NCBI GenBank assembly: GCA_963703365.1
Contig: OY969815.1
Span: 2,814,910-2,878,909, forward strand
Length of the DNA stretch: 64,000 nt
Source of the DNA: an uncultured Bacteroidota bacterium
Lineage (GTDB): Bacteria > Bacteroidota > Ignavibacteria > Kryptoniales > JAKASW01
Direction: 5' to 3'
The notes under the pieces were generated by a model. It was not told the DNA's origin. It worked only from the letters and a program-made list of their open reading frames with translations, and did not search any database. Both the position numbers and the translations under genes were made by a program. Positions 19,019 through 29,985 of the stretch are shown here, in pieces. Each line of letters starts with the position of its first letter. Position 1 is the stretch's first letter.

Positions 19019-20611
19019 TCAAATATAGAATCGTTCCGTCGGCCAGAGTTTCTGAAATGTCGTATTCATTTCTCTGCAAATAAAAATCATACGTCCGTTT
19101 TCATATGGCATGCAATACTTGGCATTCGTCGTGGCGGCGAGCTCCACATGTTTGTATCTACCCCTCAAATCAGAAAAATTGTCCTCGAGATTTCGGCTAT
19201 CTCCGAAGATGATTGCGATATTACCCGTTCGCTCCCCAGGTCCCCAAAGCCAATAGTTATTGTGAGCACAGAGAGCTTTGGGAAGTCCGTACTTCTTCCC
19301 GAAAAAGTCGATTGCGGCAGCTTCACCGTAGTTGCGGACATAGATCACGCATTGTGACTGTTCTTCCGGCGTCAGCTTTCTGTACACGCTTGCAACTGTA
19401 TCAACCATTTCTCTCCAGCCAAATTGATCGGCGTAGTATTGTGGAAGCTCACTAAGGGAAGATCTTTCGTCCGCATGCGGCTTCAATCCAAGGAAGTGTT
19501 CGTATTTGATAAACTGTTCAACGGGTAGGACTGGGAGTGCGGATGGAAGGATGATGAGTGCTAGGAGGATCAGACAACCTATATAGACGGGCTTTAGCCA
19601 ATTGTACGACTTCTGGTGAACAAATTGTTCGAAAGCTACGGCACCCGCTGCAAGGAACATCGGATAGATGGCAGACATATAATAAACTTTCGCATTCCCT
19701 GCCACCATTAGGATAAAGACAATGACGAACATCCAGGCCAGCGGACGATAACGTCCCTCCTGTTGCTTGTAGAAGTAGTAGATTCCCCCAAGCCATAATG
19801 GTGCATTGAAAATATTCATGTCCCGAATTTGTCCCATAAGAAAATTGATGGCACCAAGACTCACGTTCTTGTTCGTGCTTGCATTGCGCATGAACTCGAA
19901 AGAGGGGAAGCCGTGAACGATTTCCCACGCGACATTTGGTAAAAAGGCAACGGCCGCGGCTGCTGCCCCCAGCCAGAACCATTTTGTGCCAAACTGCTTT
20001 CGTTGTCGAGTGAGCAATAAACCGGCGACGAGTCCGATGACCATGAATCCCATGGAATATTTGTTCAATAGACCAAGCCCAACCACAAGACCGAAGATAA
20101 CCCAGAGTTTTTGCTTACCACTGCTGAAGACAACAATCACAACGTATCCAGCGAGGGACCAGAAAAGTACATCGAAGGGATTCATGGAGAACAATGTCCC
20201 GTGCCCGATAAGGCCGTGAGCAGCTACAACCGAAAGCGCAGCCAGCGCTTGGGCGTGTTTTGCTCCTCCTAATTTGCGAGCCATTAAAGATGCGAGAAGA
20301 ACAACACCGGCGCCGGCAACAGCAGGCAGAAAACGCAATGCGTAAAGGGAATCGCCGAGTAGCAAGCGATTGACCCAGAGAATGGCGATTGAGAGAGGAG
20401 GTTGGTCAACGTATCCAAATGCAAGGTGATTACTGCAGGCTATGTAATAAAGCTCATCCCGAAAATAACCATAATTTCCGTGGAATACCATTTGCATCGC
20501 GAGTTGGAAAAGAGCCAGGAAGAAGGGAATTGTCAGATCATTGGAGAAAATACTATGCGGCCATGATCTCTTTAGCATGATGATACCCTTCGTCTCTGGT
20601 GTTGGTTGCAC
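19019..20611 (-). CDS. Glycosyltransferase family 39 / ArnT-PMT-like membrane glycosyltransferase
   Basis: 530 aa. The polytopic N-terminal half has a YFRDELYY...GYVDQPPL loop typical of GT-C (ArnT/PMT_2) enzymes. The C-terminal domain is soluble. Confidence 0.65.
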   Translation of the reverse strand: MQPTPETKGIIMLKRSWPHSIFSNDLTIPFFLALFQLAMQMVFHGNYGYFRDELYYIACSNHLAFGYVDQPPLSIAILWVNRLLLGDSLYALRFLPAVAGAGVVLLASLMARKLGGAKHAQALAALSVVAAHGLIGHGTLFSMNPFDVLFWSLAGYVVIVVFSSGKQKLWVIFGLVVGLGLLNKYSMGFMVIGLVAGLLLTRQRKQFGTKWFWLGAAAAAVAFLPNVAWEIVHGFPSFEFMRNASTNKNVSLGAINFLMGQIRDMNIFNAPLWLGGIYYFYKQQEGRYRPLAWMFVIVFILMVAGNAKVYYMSAIYPMFLAAGAVAFEQFVHQKSYNWLKPVYIGCLILLALIILPSALPVLPVEQFIKYEHFLGLKPHADERSSLSELPQYYADQFGWREMVDTVASVYRKLTPEEQSQCVIYVRNYGEAAAIDFFGKKYGLPKALCAHNNYWLWGPGERTGNIAIIFGDSRNLEDNFSDLRGRYKHVELAATTNAKYCMPYENGRMIFICREMNTTFQKLWPTERFYI

Positions 20612-20816
20612 GCCGGCATATGGCGGTTATTTCCTCTTTTGAAGTTGCGCATCTGACTTTCAAAGTTATTGCTTCTACCCGCGAAGTGCAAATCGATTCT
20701 CTGTTGCAACACGGCGACCGTGGTGGTGAGGAATCTTTCCGTGATTCGTGGAAGGACAAGTTCATCCGGAACTCCGGTGACTTTTTAAATACGCGGGAGA
20801 AGCAAAGAGTGATGAA

Positions 20817-22544
20817 TTATTCTTCGTAAAGAATTTTATCTGCGTGCAGAAGATCTGAAAATACGCCGCTCTTGATCGACTCCGTATTGTTCCGAGCTTT
20901 GGCAAGGGCGCTTAAGATGTAACGGTTGGCTATGAAAACTTTTCGTGAATTGCGCTCCGCTTCATCCAGCACGAGATACCCGATCACAAGATAGCTGTAA
21001 AGCTCCACTAAGTCTTTTGACGCAACGTCCTGGAAGCCGACGTCTTTTTTGTCCGTTACATATTTCAGGCTTTCGTAAAAGAGCCGGCGAATTTCTTTCA
21101 GGCAGTTTGCAAGCGTGGTTAATCCTCCGCTGTATTCTTTCGCTTCCTTTGTGTCGAAATGTTCGCGCAAAATATCGTTCAAGACATTGCCCGCAGCCGC
21201 GACGATTTGCATCTGCGAAGTGCCTTCATAGATGTTGGTAATGCGCGCATCGCGCGCAAGCCGTTCGACTCTGAACTCTTGCATGTAACCTGTACCACCA
21301 TGGATTTGCAGAGCGTCGTATGTAATTCGATTCGCGGATTCGGTCAAAACATATTTTGTCATCGGGGTCAGCAGGTTTGCGACTTTTGTCGCTTGCTTAA
21401 GCTCGGCTGCCTGTTCCGCGAACGGCTTTCCTTCCTCTTTGAGCTTTTCGATTTGCTCTTCTAATTTTTCTTTTCGATCGACGCTCAGCGCGGCGCGGTA
21501 GAAAAGAGAGCGATTGACTTCCAACATTACACGCATCTCGATCAACATATTTGAAACGGCTGGAAGGGAATAGATAGATTTGCCGAACTGGACGCGATCC
21601 CTAGCGTACACTAATGCTTCTTCATACGCCGCTTGTGAAATTCCGAGTGCTTGTGCCGAGACTCCCATGCGCGCTCGATACATCAGATCGAGCACATATT
21701 TAATCAATCCGAATTTCCTGCTTCCGACAAGCTGAGCCGGCGTATCGTTGAACTGAAGCTCGCATGTCGGCGATCCGTGAATTCCCAGCTTATGTTCGAT
21801 GCGGCGCACTTTCACACTCTCGCCTCCATAACAAACGAACATGCTCAGCCCGCGGCCGTCTTTCGTTCCGGCTTCCGAGCGTGCGAGCACGAGCAATACT
21901 TGGCCGCTGCCGTTGGTGATGAATCGTTTCACGCCTCGGAGGAACCATTTTCCCGCGTCATTCTGGTAAGCCTGAAGTTTGACAGCCTGAAGGTCGGAAC
22001 CGGCGTCCGGCTCCGTCAACGCCATGGCACCCGTATATTCTCCCGTACAGAATCTCGGCAGGAATTCCTGCCGCTGCTCTTCACTTCCGAATTTGCAGAC
22101 CGTGCCGGCAATATCCTGCAAGCCGAACAGGTTCATCAGGGAAGCATCGGCCCGCGAGACAATCTCGACCGCCATCATATATGTCGTGAACGGGAAATTC
22201 AGCCCGCCGTATTTGCGCGGAAGGATCATTCCCATCAAGTCGGCTTGAGCAAGCTCCTTGATATTTTTTTGCGTTCCTTTTGCATACGACACGACTCCAT
22301 CGTGTATCGTTGCTCCTTCATGGTCAACTTCCGGTGCACGCGGCCCTATCCTGTTCGCTGCGAGATCGCCGACTACCTCGAGAACTTTCTTGTAGTTCTC
22401 CATGGCGTCGTCGTAGTTTACCGGTGCGTCGTGGTACTCTTTCGCCTGCTCGTAGTTGTCTTCGGCAACGGCGACAATGTCGTGTATGTCGAGGCTGTTG
22501 AAATGGAATAGCAAATCTTTATTGTCAAGAAAAAAATTCGGCAT
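20817..22544 (-). CDS. Acyl-CoA dehydrogenase (long form with C-terminal extension)
   Basis: 575 aa with ACAD N, middle and C domains (ALTEPDAGSD, FITNG, IYEGTSQMQ). It is directly downstream of etfBA. Confidence 0.85.
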   Translation of the reverse strand: MPNFFLDNKDLLFHFNSLDIHDIVAVAEDNYEQAKEYHDAPVNYDDAMENYKKVLEVVGDLAANRIGPRAPEVDHEGATIHDGVVSYAKGTQKNIKELAQADLMGMILPRKYGGLNFPFTTYMMAVEIVSRADASLMNLFGLQDIAGTVCKFGSEEQRQEFLPRFCTGEYTGAMALTEPDAGSDLQAVKLQAYQNDAGKWFLRGVKRFITNGSGQVLLVLARSEAGTKDGRGLSMFVCYGGESVKVRRIEHKLGIHGSPTCELQFNDTPAQLVGSRKFGLIKYVLDLMYRARMGVSAQALGISQAAYEEALVYARDRVQFGKSIYSLPAVSNMLIEMRVMLEVNRSLFYRAALSVDRKEKLEEQIEKLKEEGKPFAEQAAELKQATKVANLLTPMTKYVLTESANRITYDALQIHGGTGYMQEFRVERLARDARITNIYEGTSQMQIVAAAGNVLNDILREHFDTKEAKEYSGGLTTLANCLKEIRRLFYESLKYVTDKKDVGFQDVASKDLVELYSYLVIGYLVLDEAERNSRKVFIANRYILSALAKARNNTESIKSGVFSDLLHADKILYEE

Positions 22545-22551
22545 GGTTATT

Positions 22552-23568
22552 TTATTTCAATTTGTTTTTAAATACTTCGATGAAACGAGGCAATATTTCT
22601 GCTGCATCGCCGACGATACCATAATGGCTGATTCCGAAGATAGGAGCTTCCGGGTCGATGTTGATTGCGATGATCTTGTTTGAATCCTGCATTCCTGCGC
22701 GATGCTGGATCGCTCCTGAAATGCCTACGGCGATGTACAGCTTCGGCCTGACGGTGACGCCCGTTTGTCCGACTTGCCGCTCCGGCGGCACAAATCCGGC
22801 ATCGACGGCGGCACGGCTTCCCGCAACTTCGCCGCCGAGCGCATGAGCAAGCTCATGAATTAATTTGAAATTCTCTTTTGACCCGAGTCCGTATCCACCT
22901 GAAACGATTATCGGCGCGCCTTTTAAGTTGACGCGATTTTCTTCCCGGTGCTGTTCAATGATTGTGACGATGTCGTCGACCCCGTCGGGATGATATGGAA
23001 CGGGAGTGATTTTTCCGGTTCGAGCTTCTTCGTATATGTGCATCTCCATGACGCCTTCGCGCACCGTCGCCATCTGGATCGGATTGTCGGGAGTAATAAT
23101 TGTCGCAATGATGTTGCCGCCGAACGCGGGACGGATTTGCAGCAAAAGCTGTTTGTAATCCTTGCGCAGATATGAAACGTCGGAGATTTGTAAGTCGGTG
23201 CAATCAGCCGTCAGCCCGCTTCGTGTCGCCGACGCGACACGCGGAGCTAAATCCCGTCCTATAATTGTTGCTCCGAAGAGCACAATCCGCGGGTTGTGCT
23301 GTTGAACTAATTCTGTCAAAACTCTGCCGTATGGAAGCGTCCGGTACTGTTTCAGCTCCGGATGGTCAACGAGGATCGATTCGTCCGCGCCGTAACGGAA
23401 TGTTTCCGCTGCAAGCTCGCCAACTCCGCTTCCAATAACTACGGACTTCAATACTCCGCCCATTGCCTGTGCCAGTTTGCGTCCCTTGCTGAGCAGCTCG
23501 AAACTTACGTCGGCTGCTTTACCGTTGCGTTGCTCTATAAAAACCCAAACGTCTGTATTTATATTCAT
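22552..23568 (-). CDS. etfA: Electron transfer flavoprotein subunit alpha
   Basis: 338 aa with the FAD-binding C-terminal signature ([19 protein letters not shown]). Confidence 0.85.
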   Translation of the reverse strand: MNINTDVWVFIEQRNGKAADVSFELLSKGRKLAQAMGGVLKSVVIGSGVGELAAETFRYGADESILVDHPELKQYRTLPYGRVLTELVQQHNPRIVLFGATIIGRDLAPRVASATRSGLTADCTDLQISDVSYLRKDYKQLLLQIRPAFGGNIIATIITPDNPIQMATVREGVMEMHIYEEARTGKITPVPYHPDGVDDIVTIIEQHREENRVNLKGAPIIVSGGYGLGSKENFKLIHELAHALGGEVAGSRAAVDAGFVPPERQVGQTGVTVRPKLYIAVGISGAIQHRAGMQDSNKIIAINIDPEAPIFGISHYGIVGDAAEILPRFIEVFKNKLK

Positions 23569-23571
23569 CGT

Positions 23572-24459
23572 TTATCCAAGAATATGGTCTTCCATTAATT
23601 TGTCGATTAATTTTCCGATGCCTGTCTTCGTCGGCTCGATCATCTCGTGCTCTCCGCTGCTAAGCACAACGGATTCTACTTTATAAACTTTTGTCGGTGA
23701 GCCATGGACACCGCATCGTCCAGCTTCGAGATGGAGATCATCCATGGTCAATGTCTTGATGAAAAGGGAACGGGATTCGTACTCGTTGACCAATGACTCC
23801 ACAGAAAGAAGCGGATTTCCATCGGCAAGCTTTTCGATTTCCATGAGCGACCGCGCGCCTTTGAATGCCATTACGCGTCTTGCCTTGAAAGGTCTCGGCT
23901 CGGCGGCGTCTTTCAACACAGTCACGAGCACCGGAAGTTTGCAGAGGACAATTTCGAATCCGCCTTCGATTTTCCGTCTCGCTTCCACTGTCCCGTCTTT
24001 CACCGAACGAATTTCTTCTAAATAGGTAATCTGAGGAATGTGAAGTTTTTCCGCCGTCTGCGGGCCGACTTGAGCGGTATCGCCGTCGATCGCTTGCCTG
24101 CCGGCAAAAATAAAATCGAACGAGCCGATCTTTTTAATTGCTTCGCTCAAGACATACGATGTGGCAAGCGTGTCAGCGCCGGCAAATTTTCTGTCGCTAA
24201 TGAGATATGCCTGATCCGCACCCATATACAAACATTCCCTTAAAATGTCGGAAGCTCTGGGCGGTCCCATGGTGATTGCGGTGATGGTGCCGCCATACTT
24301 GTCTTTAAGGTGAAGTGCAACTTCCATAGCGACTCGATCTTCATGATTTAAAATGGCGGGCAATTTGGCACGATTAACGGTGCCATCTTCTTGCATAACA
24401 TTACCTGTGATGTTTGCCGTGTCCGGGACTTGCTTAACGAGAACAATAGAATGGTACAT
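23572..24459 (-). CDS. etfB: Electron transfer flavoprotein subunit beta
   Basis: 295 aa with an N-terminal VLVKQVPD motif. It is adjacent to etfA. Confidence 0.85.
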   Translation of the reverse strand: MYHSIVLVKQVPDTANITGNVMQEDGTVNRAKLPAILNHEDRVAMEVALHLKDKYGGTITAITMGPPRASDILRECLYMGADQAYLISDRKFAGADTLATSYVLSEAIKKIGSFDFIFAGRQAIDGDTAQVGPQTAEKLHIPQITYLEEIRSVKDGTVEARRKIEGGFEIVLCKLPVLVTVLKDAAEPRPFKARRVMAFKGARSLMEIEKLADGNPLLSVESLVNEYESRSLFIKTLTMDDLHLEAGRCGVHGSPTKVYKVESVVLSSGEHEMIEPTKTGIGKLIDKLMEDHILG

Positions 24460-24674
24460 GAATTATTTCATCCCAATTCTGTTTTAGTTAGATAAAACGT
24501 ACTGACTTTTCAATCACATTAACACAATCTGGTTTATCAGCCTCCTCCTGACAAACACATAAATTTAGTCGGTCATCAAAACAATTTCAAGAATGCAACA
24601 GACGCTACATGCCAAAAATTTTTTTATACGTTACTTCAATAATCAATTTCTCTTTGCTTTCTGAATCTCCAATC

Positions 24675-27041
24675 TTACAGTATGCTGCTCATCCCGACGC
24701 TGAAGAAACATGCGTTCGGCTTGCTGATACGGTAAGTCAGATCCATGCGAATCAATCCGAGTATTTTTCCCAAGCCGATTCCAGCTTCGTAATACCAGCC
24801 GTTCGTGGTTGATTTTCTATTGAGCCATGACTGAGCCGCAGAAGCATCGATAAGGATTTCCATCCCCTCCTTGTAAAGATAAGGAATGCCGAGGAGTAAG
24901 AAGGGGACATTCCGAAAGTTCTGTTCCACTGAAACCATAGCAAACCTATCGCCTGTAAACTCTACCGGTCGGGCGGTTTTCAGGACGCCGAAAGGCGCAA
25001 GACCTCCAATCTGAGAATCAAGCACGAAATCTCGCTGCACCGGAAGTGTGCCTGTCGAAATGCCGCCCGCGAACATCATTTGCATCTGCGGCGGGAAAAG
25101 GTAATTTGTCAGGAAGGTATCGAAATGGTATGACGCCGTAACATGGTATTGGCCGAAGTGGAATTCGCTTCCGAGAAGCGATGGCGATGAGTATTCGGCA
25201 GAAAAATCAACGGCATTTATCGGCATCATGCCGAGCGATACTCGCTCGTCTCCAAAACGGACATCTAATTTCACGCTCCGCATCTCTCCGGACATTATTG
25301 GCGGATTCGGACGGTAGGTGTTACCGAATGAAAGGACGCTGAATGTTGTGTGGTCCACGATGCTCGTTTCATCCTCAGCCAAATAAGTTGCCGTGGCATT
25401 GAGGTTTCGAAGCGGCATGATGGAGTAATGTGTGCTCCATCCGTAGGTCATGTAATAATTGTAGTAATCATTACATCCGAAGAGCGAAGTTAAGGTCGTC
25501 GTGAGAGGTGAGAAGAAATCATCTTCCGGGTGATGGTTGATATCATGAAACACATTCGCTCCGATTTCGTATTTAACATTCTCGCCAAATGGATACGCAC
25601 CGCCAACTCGCCACTTGAATGTCTTGTCTGAAATTCCGTACCCTGCCGCAAGACTAAGCTGCCAGCCGTCGGAAGTTCGTGAAATTCCCGATCCTTCATC
25701 CGAGATCGTTAATTTGGTTTGCTTTTTTCTCGAGGCATATGTGTACTCTCCACCGAGGAACAGCCCTTCGACTCTATCAAATCGTATGTCGACATATTTG
25801 AAAAACGAAAGCGGGCTGTCTTCACCGAAGAGTTTGGCTGTGATACCGGTCGGTTTGAATTGCTTTGCCAGAGTTTGCGTGCTGTCAAGAGTCTTATAGG
25901 CTTTTTGTTCGGCAATAGTCAGAGGTAGGACTTCATGTGCACTCCAGAATGTAGAATCAAATTTCGCTGCACTCGAATCGACGACAAGACCCGGTTTATT
26001 GAATATCGAATCTGCAATTTGAAGGTTCAGTTTATAATCGTAAATATCCGATGTCTCGTTGACAACGAGCTTCGGGAGCGACATCGCAGCAAATTGGATC
26101 TTCATTCCGAAGTCGGTTATTATGTCGGTCGGCATCCAGAACTTGTTTTCGTACAGAGAATAATGCTGGCTGAAATTTATTTTTAACTCAGTTAGAAAAG
26201 GAATATTGAACGCCTCGTTAGGATGGAGATCGACCCCCATCACTGCATAAGAAGAATCTGCAATCGAAATCTTGCCGGAAAAAAGCGGAACTATGCGTGA
26301 ATCGGGTATGACTTCAATCTCATATACCACGACATCATTTTTTCTAAATGTTCTAAGGAGTTTGTATTTATAATAATCGAGTGCGTCCTCGGCGATCGGA
26401 CCGACGAACTTGTAGCCGACGAATTCGATTATATCATCCGTGAAATTTACTATTTTCCCGACCGATGGTATGAGCCCTGCCTCTGGTAGATTCTTTGTCT
26501 CTCGTTTTTGAACCACCACTTCTCGAAGCGAATCGCCTTCTCGCCAATAGCCATCGGTATAAGATTCGGTGATGCCGGCAAGCGAAGTGTCACGGTAAAT
26601 CTTTAACCTGGTAAATGCCTTAAAGTCGTATGATCGAAGGAACTTTGCCCATTCATGTTTTCTATCGATAGCTTTTCGAATGATCGCATATGCGGGGTCT
26701 TCCGCGACGGTGACTACTTCCGGGAGGAAGATATCTGCCGGTTCGAGCTTAACATCTTCATTAATATTGCCGGTAAGCTTAATGTCTGCGGAGTCTGTTC
26801 GATAACCTATATAACTGTAAATGAGAGTGTAACTTCCTGCCGGAAGAGAAATAAGGTAAGAGCCGTCAAGATTAGTAATGGTTCCCCTTGCCGAACCCGA
26901 TACTCGCACGTTTGCCGCCGCAAGCGGCTCGCCGGTTTTTGAATCAAAAATCTTTCCTGAAATAGCATAAATGTTTTGAGCTGACGCCACTCCATCACAA
27001 ATGATAAGAATGGATAATATTCTTGATAGAATTCTGTACAT
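24675..27041 (-). CDS. Carboxypeptidase-regulatory-like domain outer-membrane protein (DUF5686-like)
   Basis: A signal peptide begins at MYRILSRILSILIICDGVASA, so the start was moved from 27077 to the ATG at 27041. A CarboxypepD_reg-like domain (ISGKIFDSKTGEPLAAANVRV..GSYTLIYSYIGY) is followed by a large beta-rich body. Confidence 0.65.
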   Translation of the reverse strand: MYRILSRILSILIICDGVASAQNIYAISGKIFDSKTGEPLAAANVRVSGSARGTITNLDGSYLISLPAGSYTLIYSYIGYRTDSADIKLTGNINEDVKLEPADIFLPEVVTVAEDPAYAIIRKAIDRKHEWAKFLRSYDFKAFTRLKIYRDTSLAGITESYTDGYWREGDSLREVVVQKRETKNLPEAGLIPSVGKIVNFTDDIIEFVGYKFVGPIAEDALDYYKYKLLRTFRKNDVVVYEIEVIPDSRIVPLFSGKISIADSSYAVMGVDLHPNEAFNIPFLTELKINFSQHYSLYENKFWMPTDIITDFGMKIQFAAMSLPKLVVNETSDIYDYKLNLQIADSIFNKPGLVVDSSAAKFDSTFWSAHEVLPLTIAEQKAYKTLDSTQTLAKQFKPTGITAKLFGEDSPLSFFKYVDIRFDRVEGLFLGGEYTYASRKKQTKLTISDEGSGISRTSDGWQLSLAAGYGISDKTFKWRVGGAYPFGENVKYEIGANVFHDINHHPEDDFFSPLTTTLTSLFGCNDYYNYYMTYGWSTHYSIMPLRNLNATATYLAEDETSIVDHTTFSVLSFGNTYRPNPPIMSGEMRSVKLDVRFGDERVSLGMMPINAVDFSAEYSSPSLLGSEFHFGQYHVTASYHFDTFLTNYLFPPQMQMMFAGGISTGTLPVQRDFVLDSQIGGLAPFGVLKTARPVEFTGDRFAMVSVEQNFRNVPFLLLGIPYLYKEGMEILIDASAAQSWLNRKSTTNGWYYEAGIGLGKILGLIRMDLTYRISKPNACFFSVGMSSIL

Positions 27042-27193
27042 AGGCAAACAGTCTTTTATATTATAATAATAAAACACAAAAGATGTTACCTCTTTTGTGG
27101 GTCATAAATGAAATGAATCCGCGGGCATTTGAAACTTGTTCTATAAGTTGGTACGTACGAACAAGGCGATTGTTAAAAAATAGGGGAGATAAA

Positions 27194-27658
27194 ATGAAAA
27201 AGTTATTTGAAACGGACAATTCATGGGCAGGATTGATTCTCCGGCTGGGACTCGGAATAGTAATGTTCCCGCACGGAATGCAGAAGGTGTTGGGCTGGTT
27301 CGGAGGGCATGGGCTTGCCACCACGTTTAATTTCATGACGGGCATGGAACATATCCCGGCAGTATTTGCCGCCCTCGCGATTATCGCCGAAAGCCTCGGA
27401 AGCATCGCTCTGATCGTCGGCGCGCTCAGCAGAATAGCGGCATTCGGCATCGGCATTGAGATGGTTGTTGCAGTGTACCTTGTTCATTGGAAGAATGGTT
27501 TCTTTATGAACTGGAGCGGGCATCAAGCCGGCGAAGGATTCGAATTTCACATTCTGATGGTTGCGATAGCGATTGCGCTGATGATCACGGGTGGAGGCAA
27601 ATGGTCGATCGACGGAATGATTGCCTTGCGCTCGAAGGCAGGGCCGGGATCACTTTAG
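27194..27658 (+). CDS. DoxX family membrane protein
   Basis: Four TM helices and the motif MFPHGMQKVLGWFGGHG. The start was moved to the ATG at 27194, which is preceded by AGGGGAG. Confidence 0.8.
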   Translation: MKKLFETDNSWAGLILRLGLGIVMFPHGMQKVLGWFGGHGLATTFNFMTGMEHIPAVFAALAIIAESLGSIALIVGALSRIAAFGIGIEMVVAVYLVHWKNGFFMNWSGHQAGEGFEFHILMVAIAIALMITGGGKWSIDGMIALRSKAGPGSL

Positions 27659-29653
27659 AAGCACCATTTTCTTTGTTATCGTCATTCCCCCTGCGGTCAA
27701 TGCATAAAAATATACTCCACTTGACAATCTGCTCGCGTCGAAGGTTATGACGTGACGCCCGGCGGTTTGACGTTCGCTGACCAACGTCTTTACTTCTCGT
27801 CCAAGGATGTCATAAACCTTTAACGTAATGAAGGTATTAGCAGGCAGTTCGTAGATGATGGTCGTTGCCGGATTGAAGGGGTCGGGATAGTTTTGGTCCA
27901 GAACGTATTCGGTTGGAATCCCGGTCGTCGGCCTAACCCCTGTAGCAATATTTGATGCCCTGAAAACCTCAATCTCCGAGATCGAATATGGCCCGTTCCC
28001 CTGAGACTGGAATGTGAACTTGATATATCTGCCTACCGCCTGAAGGCCGCTCAGAGTCTCGACGTAGTTCGTTCCTCCGACTCCATCATTTGTGTTGTTG
28101 ATTAAAGACCAGGTATTGAGGTCATTTGAAACCTCTACGAAAAATTTCTCTGCGTATGTCTTATTAGCCCAGTCGATCTCGATCCTGCCTATTGTGTCGG
28201 GCTGGGCAAGGTCGATCAATACCCATTGCAACGAGTCCTGGGACGCCTGCCATCCTGTTGTAGCATCTTCGTCGGTCAAGTTGCCCGGCGCGCTTGCAGG
28301 ATCTGCAAGCGTATCGTTCGATGATGCTGATACGGAAGCACCGAGGGCCTGATCGATGATGTTAATTACTATATTACTCGCGTGGTCTTTTGACATTGCG
28401 CTCAACGCATGCAAGGTCTCTGTCGTGTCTTCCGTATCTGTGGTCCACGCCCAGCTTAATGCACCAGCATAACCGTTTGAGTAAAGGTCAGGGTAGATAT
28501 CTTGCGAAGTAAGGCCTTTGAACAAGGTGCTTCCCAGGATATCCGAGAATCCGAACTCAGCGACGACAAGAGGTTTAGTCAGGCCCCAGGTGGAGTAAGG
28601 TACCAAGAACGGTGCATAGGCAGTTCCCATCCAGGTGTAATAGTGGACGCAATAGAAATCAAGTATACCAAGGCTGTCACCGCCTGCGGCTATCAGGTGA
28701 TCGTCGCTGTAATAATTATAATTTGTGGTTGACGCCAGCTTGTTCATATATTCCACCGTCTGCTGGACGGTAAGTCTTGTCCGGTAGATCCTGTTGAAGC
28801 CGTCTGTCATCGCCTGTTGTTGACTGGGAGTCATACTCTGTAAAGTCTTCAATCTGGATTCTCTCACGGCGGCGGCCGGCGTGAAGCTGGACAGACTCTG
28901 AAATGCCCACGCTCCATTTGTAACCGAAGCGTTCGCATCGGCCCTATGAATGGCGCCCGCCATCAAGTTGACGCATCGTTGAATATCAGCCATAGGAATT
29001 TGGGTGGTCCCCCAGCCATCTCCGAATTCGTCGGACATTCCTTCGGGTTCGTTGAAGATCTCCCATGCGACGATTGCGGCGTTGTTCTTTACCGAATCCA
29101 CCATGGGTATCAGAGAGTTTCTAATGTATGCCATGGTATAAGATGTGTCGGTCAACAATTTGTAATTGTAGTTAACTTGAGTCTGTGTCAAACTATCCTC
29201 AGATCCGGCTGCTTGCAGCATGTCGAACGACCAAAGGCACAATATCAGGCCTACGTCGTTTTGCTGTGCAAGGCTTAGGATTTTTCTTAGATCTTGGATC
29301 GCATAAGGGCCAGGGCCGGTCACGTAGCCATTAGAACCAAAGACAGGTGTCGCTGCTCCGTTCGTGTGCAGCCAAAGCCGCATCACGTTGCCCCCGTTTT
29401 CATGGATCGTTTGGAATATTGTCTGAAATTCGGAAAAGTTGACATTGTTACGCGAGTTTGCGCTTCGCGGGCCTAAGTCGCCTGCAAATTTTATCCATGG
29501 AACATTCGTTCCGTTTAGAAAAAAATTCCCGTCTGCATAATGAATGCCCGTTTGTGCGGGCGCTTGAGTTTGCAAGCTGGCTATCGTAACTAGGGCCAGG
29601 GCGACCAGAGCTGCACATTTTTTCCCCCATATATCGTGATGGACAGTTCTCAT
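27650..29653 (-). CDS. Secreted glycoside hydrolase family 5 (possibly beta-mannanase) with discoidin/CBM32-like domain and T9SS C-terminal sorting domain
   Basis: It has a signal peptide. The GH5 acid/base motif WEIFNEPEG and the nucleophile region VVAEFG are present. An F5/8-type-C-like segment (WQAS..WVLIDL) follows. The C-terminus ...ITLKVYDILGREVKTLV...GVYFY..KKMVLLK is a T9SS sorting domain. Confidence 0.7.
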   Translation of the reverse strand: MRTVHHDIWGKKCAALVALALVTIASLQTQAPAQTGIHYADGNFFLNGTNVPWIKFAGDLGPRSANSRNNVNFSEFQTIFQTIHENGGNVMRLWLHTNGAATPVFGSNGYVTGPGPYAIQDLRKILSLAQQNDVGLILCLWSFDMLQAAGSEDSLTQTQVNYNYKLLTDTSYTMAYIRNSLIPMVDSVKNNAAIVAWEIFNEPEGMSDEFGDGWGTTQIPMADIQRCVNLMAGAIHRADANASVTNGAWAFQSLSSFTPAAAVRESRLKTLQSMTPSQQQAMTDGFNRIYRTRLTVQQTVEYMNKLASTTNYNYYSDDHLIAAGGDSLGILDFYCVHYYTWMGTAYAPFLVPYSTWGLTKPLVVAEFGFSDILGSTLFKGLTSQDIYPDLYSNGYAGALSWAWTTDTEDTTETLHALSAMSKDHASNIVINIIDQALGASVSASSNDTLADPASAPGNLTDEDATTGWQASQDSLQWVLIDLAQPDTIGRIEIDWANKTYAEKFFVEVSNDLNTWSLINNTNDGVGGTNYVETLSGLQAVGRYIKFTFQSQGNGPYSISEIEVFRASNIATGVRPTTGIPTEYVLDQNYPDPFNPATTIIYELPANTFITLKVYDILGREVKTLVSERQTAGRHVITFDASRLSSGVYFYALTAGGMTITKKMVLLK

Positions 29654-29985
29654 ATCCTCCTCCTCAATTAAACATATGGTCGATGAAACGCACGGAATTC
29701 AGTAGAAATCACGATTGCCATTCTGAGATACTTTGCGGCAATTTTTTTGATGACACACACGTGAAATAAAATAAGCGCCCACGCGCTCGACCAAAACGTA
29801 ACCCCATCGAAATCTACCTACCTCACTTTAAGAATTCTTTCACAAAGAAGCAAGGCGAAAATTGGTAGCATAAGGAAACGATACCATTTTCACTACCGTT
29901 AGCTTCTGTTTTTTGAATTCGTCGGGAAAATTTATAACTTCTAAATCGATACTAAGTTGAATCAATTGTTCTATTTTCCAGAAAA

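Noticed and set aside
21651-22511. Long antisense ORFs inside well-supported genes. Examples are the 286-aa ORF opposite the acyl-CoA dehydrogenase, 40810..41598 opposite accC, 44529..45080 and 44461..44889 opposite the hydrolase, 9191..9619 opposite the HD protein, and 39266..39745 opposite gcvPA.
   Set aside because: They lie fully within strongly recognisable genes on the other strand. Their composition is low-complexity and Arg/Ser/Cys-rich, and they have no RBS or recognisable domain. These are typical shadow ORFs.
29654-29985. Possible SAM/SAH riboswitch or T-box upstream of the Hcy-methyltransferase/MTHFR fusion gene.
   Set aside because: I could not find SAM-I, SAM-II or SAH core motifs or a terminator/antiterminator pair by eye. 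Only weak local hairpins are present. A covariance-model scan would be needed to exclude it fully.
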